A stretch of 64,000 nucleotides of DNA from the human T2T-CHM13v2.0 reference genome, Homo sapiens. The stretch lies in the NCBI RefSeq assembly GCF_009914755.1, contig NC_060938.1. One strand, 5' to 3'. Below the pieces are notes generated by a model, which was not told the DNA's origin, made no database searches, and saw only the letters and a program-made list of their open reading frames with translations. The position numbers and the translations under genes were made by a program. Shown here in pieces: positions 54,195 to 64,000 of the stretch (its first letter is position 1; each line of letters opens with the position of its first letter).

Positions 54195-55896
54195 CCATAG
54201 AGCTGAAAGCTGTCCTAATGTTCACTTCCAGATACTACAGAAAGAGTGTTTCAAAACTGCTGTACGAAAGGGAATGTTCAACTCTGTGACTTGAATGCAC
54301 ACATCACAAAGAAGTTTCTGAGGATGCTGCTGTCTACTTTTTATACGTAATCCCGTTTCCAACGAAATCCTCCAAGCTATCCAAATATCCACTTGCAGAT
54401 TCCACAGAAAGACTGTTTCAAAACTGCTCTGTCAATAGAAAGGTTCAACTCTGTTAGCTGCGTGCATATATCCCAAAGAAGATTCTGAGATTGCTTCTGT
54501 CTAGTTTTTATGGGAAGATATTTCCCTTTTCACCGTAGGTGTCAAGGCGCTCCAAATGTCCACTTCCAGATACTACAAAAAGAGTGTTTCAAACCTACTC
54601 TGTGAAAGGGAATATTCAACTCTGTGACTTGAATGCACACATCACAAAGAAGTTTCTGAGGATGCTGCTGTCTACTTTTTATACGTAATCCCGTTTCCAA
54701 CGAAATCCTCCAAGCTATCCAAATATCCACTTGCAGATTCCACAGAAGGACTGTTTCAAAACTGCTCTGTCAATAGAAAGGTTCAACTCTGTTAGCTGCA
54801 TGCATATATCCCAAAGAAGATTCTGAGATTGCTTCTGTCTAGTTTTTATGGGAAGATATTTCCCTTTTCACCGTAGGCGTCAAGGCGCTCCAAATGTCCA
54901 CTTCCAGATACTACAAAAAGAGTGTTTCAAACCTACTCTGTGAAAGGGAATATTCAACTCTGTGACTTGAATGCACATATCACAAGGAAGTTTCTGAGAA
55001 TGCTTCTGTCGAGATTTTATATGAAGATATTCCCGTTTCCAACGAAATCCTGAAATCTATCCAAATATCCCCTTGCAGATTCTACAAAAAGAGTGTTTCA
55101 AAACTGCTCTGTAAAAAGAAAGGTTCAACTCTGTTAGTTGAGTACACACATCACAAACAAGTTTCACACAATGCTTCTTTCTAGCTTGTAGGGGAAGATA
55201 TTCCCTTTATCACCATGGGCCTCAAACCGTCCGAAAAGTCCACTTCCATATACTACAAAAAGAGCGTTTCAAACCTGCTCTATGAAAGGCAATGTTCAAC
55301 TCTGTGACTTGAATGCAGACATCACAGAGCAGTTTCTGAGAATGCTTCTGTCTAGATTTTATAGGAAGATATTCCCGTTTCCAACGAAATCTTCACAGCT
55401 ATCCAAATATCCACTTGCAGATTCTACAAAAAGAGTGTATCAAAACTGCTCTGTCAAAAGGAAGGTTCTTTTCTGTTAGGTGAGTGCATACGTCATAAAG
55501 GAGTTTCTGAGAATGTTTCTGTCTAGTGGTTATGGGAAGATATTTGCTTTTTCACCGTAGGCCTCAGAGCGCTCCAAATATCCACTTGCACATACTACAA
55601 AAAGAGTGCCTCAAAGCTGCTCTCTGAAACGGAATGTTCAACTCTATGAGTTGAATGCAAACATCGCAAAGACGTTTCTGAGAATGCTTCTGTCTAGATT
55701 TGATATGAAGATATTCCCGTTTCCAACGAAATCTTCAAATCTATCCAAATGTCCACTTGCAGATTCAACAAAAAGTGTTTTTCAGAACTGCTCTATCAAA
55801 AGAAAGATCCACCTCTGTTAGCTGAGTTCACACATCACAAACAAGTTTATGAGAATGCTTCTGTCTAGTTTTTATTTGAAGATATTTCCTTTCTCA
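54195..55896 (-). repeat. 10-mer structural-variant HOR, copy 8
   Basis: Step 53580 to 55282 = 1702; junction at 54615-54639. Confidence 0.93.
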
Positions 55897-58800
55897 CCAT
55901 AGAGCTGAAAGCTGTCCTAATGTTCACTTCCAGATACTACAGAAAGAGTGTTTCAAAACTGCTGTACGAAAGGGAATGTTCAACTATGTGACTTGAATGC
56001 ACACATCACAAAGAAGTTTCTGAGGATGCTGCTGTCTACTTTTTATACGTAATCCCGTTTCCAACGAAATCCTCCAAGCTATCCAAATATCCACTTACAG
56101 ATTCCACAGAAAGACTGTTTCAAAACTGCTCTGTCAATAGAAAGGTTCAACTCTGTTAGCTGCATGCATATATCCCAAAGAAGATTCTGAGATTGCTTCT
56201 GTCTAGTTTTTATGGGAAGATATTTCCCTTTTCACCGTAGGCGTCAAGGCGCTCCAAATGTCCACTTCCAGATACTACAAAAAGAGTGTTTCAAACCTAC
56301 TCTGTGAAAGGGAATATTCAACTCTGTGACTTGAATGCACATATCACAAGGAAGTTTCTGAGAATGCTTCTGTCGAGATTTTATATGAAGATATTCCCGT
56401 TTCCAACGAAATCCTGAAATCTATCCAAATATCCCCTTGCAGATTCTACAAAAAGAGTGTTTCAAAACTGCTCTGTAAAAAGAAAGGTTCAACTCTGTTA
56501 GTTGAGTACACACATCACAAACAAGTTTCACACAATGCTTCTTTCTAGCTTGTAGGGGAAGATATTCCCTTTATCACCATGGGCCTCAAACCGTCCGAAA
56601 AGTCCACTTCCATATACTACAAAAAGAGCGTTTCAAACCTGCTCTATGAAAGGCAATGTTCAACTCTGTGACTTGAATGCAGACATCACAGAGCAGTTTC
56701 TGAGAATGCTTCTGTCTAGATTTTATAGGAAGATATTCCCGTTTCCAACGAAATCTTCACAGCTATCCAAATATCCACTTGCAGATTCTACAAAAAGAGT
56801 GTATCAAAACTGCTCTGTCAAAAGGAAGGTTCTTTTCTGTTAGGTGAGTGCATACGTCATAAAGGAGTTTCTGAGAATGTTTCTGTCTAGTGGTTATGGG
56901 AAGATATTTGCTTTTTCACCGTAGGCCTCAGAGCGCTCCAAATATCCACTTGCACATACTACAAAAAGAGTGCCTCAAAGCTGCTCTCTGAAACGGAATG
57001 TTCAACTCTATGAGTTGAATGCAAACATCGCAAAGACGTTTCTGAGAATGCTTCTGTCTAGATTTGATATGAAGATATTCCCGTTTCCAACGAAATCTTC
57101 AAATCTATCCAAATGTCCACTTGCAGATTCAACAAAAAGTGTTTTTCAGAACTGCTCTATCAAAAGAAAGATCCACCTCTGTTAGCTGAGTTCACACATC
57201 ACAAACAAGTTTATGAGAATGCTTCTGTCTAGTTTTTATTTGAAGATATTTCCTTTCTCACCATAGAGCTAAAAGCTGTCCTAATGTTCACTTCCAGATA
57301 CTACAGAAAGAGTGTTTCAAAACTGCTGTACGAAAGGGAATGTTCAACTCTGTGACTTGAATGCACACATCACAAAGAAGTTTCTGAGGATGCTGCTGTC
57401 TACTTTTTATACGTAATCCCGTTTCCAACGAAATCCTCCAAGCTATCCAAATATCCACTTGCAGATTCCACAGAAAGACTGTTTCAAAACTGCTCTGTCA
57501 ATAGAAAGGTTCAACTCTGTTAGCTGCATGCATATATCCCAAAGAAGATTCTGAGATTGCTTCTGTCTAGTTTTTATGGGAAGATATTTCCCTTTTCACC
57601 GTAGGCGTCAAGGCGCTTCAAATGTCTACTTCCAGATACTACAAAAAGAGTGTTTCAAACCTACTCTGTGAAAGGGAATATTCAACTCTGTGACTTGAAT
57701 GCACATATCACAAGGAAGTTTCTGAGAATGCTTCTGTCGAGATTTTATATGAAGATATTCCCGTTTCCAACGAAATCCTGAAATCTATCCAAATATCCCC
57801 TTGCAGATTCTACAAAAAGAGTGTTTCAAAACTGCTCTGTAAAAAGAAAGGTTCAACTCTGTTAGTTGAGTACACACATCACAAACAAGTTTCACACAAT
57901 GCTTCTTTCTAGCTTGTAGGGGAAGATATTCCCTTTATCACCATGGGCCTCAAACCGTCCGATAAGTCCACTTCCATATACTACAAAAAGAGCGTTTCAA
58001 ACCTGCTCTATGAAAGGCAATGTTCAACTCTGTGACTTGAATGCAGACATCACAGAGCAGTTTCTGAGAATGCTTCTGTCTAGATTTTATAGGAAGATAT
58101 TCCCGTTTCCAACGAAATCTTCACAGCTATCCAAATATCCACTTGCAGATTCTACAAAAAGAGTGTATCAAAACTGCTCTGTCAAAAGGAAGGTTCTTTT
58201 CTGTTAGGTGAGTGCATACGTCATAAAGGAGTTTCTGAGAATGTTTCTGTCTAGTGGTTATGGGAAGATATTTGCTTTTTCACCGTAGGCCTCAGAGCGC
58301 TCCAAATATCCACTTGCACATACTACAAAAAGAGTGCCTCAAAGCTGCTCTCTGAAACGGAATGTTCAACTCTATGAGTTGAATGCAAACATCGCAAAGA
58401 CGTTTCTGAGAATGCTTCTGTCTAGATTTGATATGAAGATATTCCCGTTTCCAACGAAATCTTCAAATCTATCCAAATGTCCACTTGCAGATTCAACAAA
58501 AAGTGTTTTTCAGAACTGCTCTATCAAAAGAAAGATCCACCTCTGTTAGCTGAGTTCACACATCACAAACAAGTTTATGAGAATGCTTCTGTCTAGTTTT
58601 TATTTGAAGATATTTCCTTTCTCACCATAGAGCTGAAAGCTGTCCTAATGTTCACTTCCAGATACTACAGAAAGAGTGTTTCAAAACTGCTGTACGAAAG
58701 GGAATGTTCAACTATGTGACTTGAATGCACACATCACAAAGAAGTTTCTGAGGATGCTGCTGTCTACTTTTTATACGTAATCCCGTTTCCAACGAAATCC

Positions 58801-61800
58801 TCCAAGCTATCCAAATATCCACTTGCAGATTCCACAGAAAGACTGTTTCAAAACTGCTCTGTCAATAGAAAGGTTCAACTCTGTTAGCTGCGTGCATATA
58901 TCCCAAAGAAGATTCTGAGATTGCTTCTGTCTAGTTTTTATGGGAAGATATTTCCCTTTTCACCGTAGGTGTCAAGGCGCTCCAAATGTCCACTTCCAGA
59001 TACTACAAAAAGAGTGTTTCAAACCTACTCTGTGAAAGGGAATATTCAACTCTGTGACTTGAATGCACATATCACAAAGAAGTTTCTGAGAATGCTTCTG
59101 TCGAGATTTTATATGAAGATATTCCCGTTTCCAACGAAATGCTGAAATCTATCCAAATATCCCCTCGCAGATTCTACAAAAAGAGTGTTTCAAAACTGCT
59201 CTGTGAAAAGAAAGGTTCAACTCTGTTAGTTGAGTACACACATCACAAACAAGTTTCACAGAATGCTTCTTTCTAGCTTGTAGGGGAAGATATTCCCTTT
59301 ATCACCATGGGCCTCCAACCGTCCGAAACATCCACTTCCATATACTACAAAAAGAGCGTTTCAAACCTGCTGTATGAAAGGCAATGTTCAACTCTGTGAC
59401 TTGAATGCAGACATCACAGAGCAGTTTCTGAGAATGCTTCTGTCTAGATTTTATAGGAAGATATTCCCGTTTCCAACGAAATCTTCACAGCTATCCAAAT
59501 ATCCACTTGCAGATTCTACAAAAAGAGTGTATCAAAACTGCTCTGTCAAAAGGAAGGTTCTTCTCTGTTAGGTGAGTGCATACGTCATAAAGGAGTTTCT
59601 GAGAATGTTTCTGTCTAGTGGTTATGGGAAGATATTTGCTTTTTCACCGTAGGCCTCAGAGCGCTCCAAATATCCACTTGCACATACTACAAAAAGAGTG
59701 CTTCAAAGCTGCTCTCTGAAACGGAATGTTCAACTCTATGAGTTGAATGCAAACATCACAAAGACGTTTCTGAGAATGCTTCTGTCTAGATTTGATATGA
59801 AGATATTCCCGTTTCCAACGAAATCTTCAAATCTATCCAAATGTCCACTTGCAGATTCAACAAAAAGTGTTTTTCAGAACTGCTCTATCAAAAGAAAGAT
59901 CCACCTCTGTTAGCTGAGTTCACACATCACAAACAACTTTATGAGAATGCTTCTGTCTAGTTTTTATTTGAAGATATTTCCTTTCTCACCATAGAGCTGA
60001 AAGCTGTCCTAATGTTCACTTCCAGATACTACAGAAAGAGTGTTTCAAAACTGCTGTACGAAAGGGAATGTTCAACTCTGTGACTTGAATGCACACATCA
60101 CAAAGAAGTTTCTGAGGATGCTGCTGTCTACTTTTTATACGTAATCCCGTTTCCAACGAAATCCTCCAAGCTATCCAAATATCCACTTGCAGATTCCACA
60201 GAAAGACTGTTTCAAAACTGCTCTGTCAATAGAAAGGTTCAACTCTGTTAGCTGCATGCATATATCCCAAAGAAGATTCTGAGATTGCTTCTGTCTAGTT
60301 TTTATGGGAAGATATTTCCCTTTTCACCGTAGGCGTCAAGGCGCTCCAAATGTCCACTTCCAGATACTACAAAAAGAGTGTTTCAAACCTACTCTGTGAA
60401 AGGGAATATTCAACTCTGTGACTTGAATGCACATATCACAAGGAAGTTTCTGAGAATGCTTCTGTCGAGATTTTATATGAAGATATTCCCGTTTCCAACG
60501 AAATCCTGAAATGTATCCAAATATCCCCTTGCAGATTCTACAAAAAGAGTGTTTCAAAACTGCTCTGTAAAAAGAAAGGTTCAACTCTGTTAGTTGAGTA
60601 CACACATCACAAACAAGTTTCACACAATGCTTCTTTCTAGCTTGTAGGGGAAGATATTCCCTTTATCACCATGGGCCTCAAACCGTCCGATAAGTCCACT
60701 TCCATATACTACAAAAAGAGCGTTTCAAACCTGCTCTATGAAAGGCAATGTTCAACTCTGTGACTTGAATGCAGACATCACAGAGCAGTTTCTGAGAATG
60801 CTTCTGTCTAGATTTTATAGGAAGATATTCCCGTTTCCAACGAAATCTTCACAGCTATCCAAATATCCACTTGCAGATTCTACAAAAAGAGTGTATCAAA
60901 ACTGCTCTGTCAAAAGGAAGGTTCTTCTCTGTTAGGTGAGTGCATACGTCATAAAGGAGTTTCTGAGAATGTTTCTGTCTAGTGGTTATGGGAAGATATT
61001 TGCTTTTTCACCGTAGGCCTCAGAGCGCTCCAAATATCCACTTGCACATACTACAAAAAGAGTGCTTCAAAGCTGCTCTCTGAAACGGAATGTTCAACTC
61101 TATGAGTTGAATGCAAACATCACAAAGACGTTTCTGAGAATGCTTCTGTCTAGATTTGATATGAAGATATTCCCGTTTCCAACGAAATCTTCAAATCTAT
61201 CCAAATGTCCACTTGCAGATTCAACAAAAAGTGTTTTTCAGAACTGCTCTATCAAAAGAAAGATCCACCTCTGTTAGCTGAGTTCACACATCACAAACAA
61301 GTTTATGAGAATGCTTCTGTCTAGTTTTTATTTGAAGATATTTCCTTTCTCACCATAGAGCTGAAAGCTGTCCTAATGTTCACTTCCAGATACTACAGAA
61401 AGAGTGTTTCAAAACTGCTGTACGAAAGGGAATGTTCAACTCTGTGACTTGAATGCACACATCACAAAGAAGTTTCTGAGGATGCTGCTGTCTACTTTTT
61501 ATACGTAATCCCGTTTCCAACGAAATCCTCCAAGCTATCCAAATATCCACTTGCAGATTCCACAGAAAGACTGTTTCAAAACTGCTCTGTCAATAGAAAG
61601 GTTCAACTCTGTTAGCTGCATGCATATATCCCAAAGAAGATTCTGAGATTGCTTCTGTCTAGTTTTTATGGGAAGATATTTCCCTTTTCACCGTAGGCGT
61701 CAAGGCGCTCCAAATGTCCACTTCCAGATACTACAAAAAGAGTGTTTCAAACCTACTCTGTGAAAGGGAATATTCAACTCTGTGACCTGAATGCACATAT

Positions 61801-64000
61801 CACAAGGAAGTTTCTGAGAATGCTTCTGTCGAGATTTTATATGAAGATATTCCCGTTTCCAACGAAATCCTGAAATCTATCCAAATATCCCCTTGCAGAT
61901 TCTACAAAAAGAGTGTTTCAAAACTGCTCTGTGAAAAGAAAGGTTCAACTCTGTTAGTTGAGTACACACATCACAAACAAGTTTCACAGAATGCTTCTTT
62001 CTAGCTTGTAGGGGAAGATATTCCCTTTATCACCATGGGCCTCCAACCGTCCGAAACATCCACTTCCATATACTACAAAAAGAGCGTTTCAAACCTGCTC
62101 TATGAAAGGCAATGTTCAACTCTGTGACTTGAATGCAGACATCACAGAGCAGTTTCTGAGAATGCTTCTGTCTAGATTTTATAGGAAGATATTCCCGTTT
62201 CCAACGAAATCTTCACAGCTATCCAAATATCCACTTGCAGATTCTACAAAAAGAGTGTATCAAAACTGCTCTGTCAAAAGGAAGGTTCTTCTCTGTTAGG
62301 TGAGTGCATACGTCATAAAGGAGTTTCTGAGAATGTTTCTGTCTAGTGGTTATGGGAAGATATTTGCTTTTTCACCGTAGGCCTCAGAGCGCTCCAAATA
62401 TCCACTTGCACATACTACAAAAAGAGTGCTTCAAAGCTGCTCTCTGAAACGGAATGTTCAACTCTATGAGTTGAATGCAAACATCACAAAGACGTTTCTG
62501 AGAATGCTTCTGTCTAGATTTGATATGAAGATATTCCCGTTTCCAACGAAATCTTCAAATCTATCCAAATGTCCACTTGCAGATTCAACAAAAAGTGTTT
62601 TTCAGAACTGCTCTATCAAAAGAAAGATCCACCTCTGTTAGCTGAGTTCACACATCACAAACAAGTTTATGAGAATGCTTCTGTCTAGTTTTTATTTGAA
62701 GATATTTCCTTTCTCACCATAGAGCTGAAAGCTGTCCTAATGTTCACTTCCAGATACTACAGAAAGAGTGTTTCAAAATTGCTGTACGAAAGGGAATGTT
62801 CAACTCTGTGACTTGAATGCACACATCACAAAGAAGTTTCTGAGGATGCTGCTGTCTACTTTTTATACGTAATCCCGTTTCCAACGAAATCCTCCAAGCT
62901 ATCCAAATATCCACTTGCAGATTCCACAGAAAGACTGTTTCAAAACTGCTCTGTCAATAGAAAGGTTCAACTCTGTTAGCTGCATGCATATATCCCAAAG
63001 AAGATTCTGAGATTGCTTCTGTCTAGTTTTTATGGGAAGATATTTCCCTTTTCACCGTAGGCGTCAAGGCGCTCCAAATGTCCACTTCCAGATACTACAA
63101 AAAGAGTGTTTCAAACCTACTCTGTGAAAGGGAATATTCAACTCTGTGACTTGAATGCACATATCACAAGGAAGTTTCTGAGAATGCTTCTGTCGAGATT
63201 TTATATGAAGATATTCCCGTGTCCAACGAAATCCTGAAATCTATCCAAATATCCCCTTGCAGATTCTACAAAAAGAGTGTTTCAAAACTGCTCTGTAAAA
63301 AGAAAGGTTCAACTCTGTTAGTTGAGTACACACATCACAAACAAGTTTCACACAATGCTTCTTTCTAGCTTGTAGGGGAAGATATTCCCTTTATCACCAT
63401 GGGCCTCAAACCGTCCGATAAGTCCACTTCCATATACTACAAAAAGAGCGTTTCAAACCTGCTCTATGAAAGGCAATGTTCAACTCTGTGACTTGAATGC
63501 AGACATCACAGAGCAGTTTCTGAGAATGCTTCTGTCTAGATTTTATAGGAAGATATTCCCGTTTCCAACGAAATCTTCACAGCTATCCAAATATCCACTT
63601 GCAGATTCTACAAAAAGAGTGTATCAAAACTGCTCTGTCAAAAGGAAGGTTCTTTTCTGTTAGGTGAGTGCATACGTCATAAAGGAGTTTCTGAGAATGT
63701 TTCTGTCTAGTGGTTATGGGAAGATATTTGCTTTTTCACCGTAGGCCTCAGAGCGCTCCAAATATCCACTTGCACATACTACAAAAAGAGTGCCTCAAAG
63801 CTGCTCTCTGAAACGGAATGTTCAACTCTATGAGTTGAATGCAAACATCGCAAAGACGTTTCTGAGAATGCTTCTGTCTAGATTTGATATGAAGATATTC
63901 CCGTTTCCAACGAAATCTTCAAATCTATCCAAATGTCCACTTGCAGATTCAACAAAAAGTGTTTTTCAGAACTGCTCTATCAAAAGAAAGATCCACCTCT

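Larger units (their letters stand above)
1..64000 (-). repeat. Centromeric alpha-satellite HOR array, 8-mer (1364 bp), SF2-type dimeric; most likely chr14/22 alphaXT (D14Z9/D22Z1, S2C14/22H1L)
   Basis: Seen: ~171-bp monomers with alphoid motifs (ttcaactctgtgacttgaatgca, tttctgagaatgcttctgtctag). The repeat-derived ORF at 750 recurs at 2114, 3477, 4840 ... 63466, 45 copies with steps of 1364, 1363 or 1702. CENP-B boxes lie in every other monomer. Each HOR has two XbaI sites (~820, ~1161) and one TaqI site (~477). Alpha satellite is certain; the chromosome assignment is recalled and only about 0.75 confident. Confidence 0.98.

Noticed and set aside
348-60623. - strand 62/95/122-aa Cys-rich ORFs (…CDVC…, …CRIC…) that look zinc-finger-like
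   Set aside because: Their presence toggles with single SNVs (aaatct/aaatgt), 1-bp deletions or the 10-mer junction. The Cys pairs come from TGTGATGTGTG alphoid motifs. They are useful only as variant markers.
750-63663. Repeated + strand 65-aa (MKGNVQLCDL...) and 71-aa (MPQSCSLKR...) ORFs
   Set aside because: They recur once per HOR, resemble each other only because the monomers are paralogous, have no recognisable domain, and the 71-aa one starts at GTG and is lost to a frameshift in two copies. They are chance translations of satellite.
157-63915. Regularly spaced identical 17-bp motif resembling a CRISPR repeat
   Set aside because: It is the CENP-B box. The intervening ~325 bp is itself repeated, not unique spacer, and there are no cas genes.
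1-64000. Transposon insertion, inversion or non-alphoid island
   Set aside because: All marker steps are 1363, 1364 or 1702 bp, leaving no room for an insert. Every box lies on the same strand, and I saw no poly(A), Alu or L1 sequence.
1-64000. Assignment to other 8-mer arrays (chr10 or chr12 SF1, chr18 or chr20 SF2), or to chr14 versus chr22 specifically
   Set aside because: Box context (GATTTCGTTGGAAACGGGAATATCTTC) and the XbaI/TaqI pattern fit my recollection of alphaXT better, but only HMM/BLAST can settle it. Chr14 and chr22 share this HOR and cannot be separated by eye.
1-64000. A previously undescribed gene-based biological system
   Set aside because: Nothing in the sequence supports one. 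Any novelty is limited to array architecture (the chimeric 10-mer and the 5794-bp super-HOR).

Overview
The whole window is one uninterrupted, single-orientation array of primate (very probably human) centromeric alpha satellite. The ~171-bp monomers form a 1364-bp 8-monomer higher-order repeat (HOR), about 45 HOR copies in all. CENP-B-box monomers alternate with pJalpha-box monomers, and the CENP-B box reads TTTCGTTGGAAACGGGA on the - strand. The dimeric pattern, 8-mer length and XbaI/TaqI sites best fit the SF2 chr14/22 live array (alphaXT; D14Z9/D22Z1), an assignment from recall rather than a search. No genes, RNA genes, CRISPR or transposon insertions are supported, and every ORF in the track is a by-product of the repeat. 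I found no new gene-based system. The notable features are architectural: (1) eight 1702-bp 10-mer variant HORs sharing one hybrid-monomer junction; (2) a 5794-bp super-HOR (10+8+8+8 monomers) repeated through about 28-52 kb; (3) two interleaved HOR haplotypes that explain how the 10-mer arose; (4) a haplotype boundary near 13.6-13.9 kb; (5) an amplified CENP-B-box-disrupting allele. Variants were read by eye, so counts are minimums.
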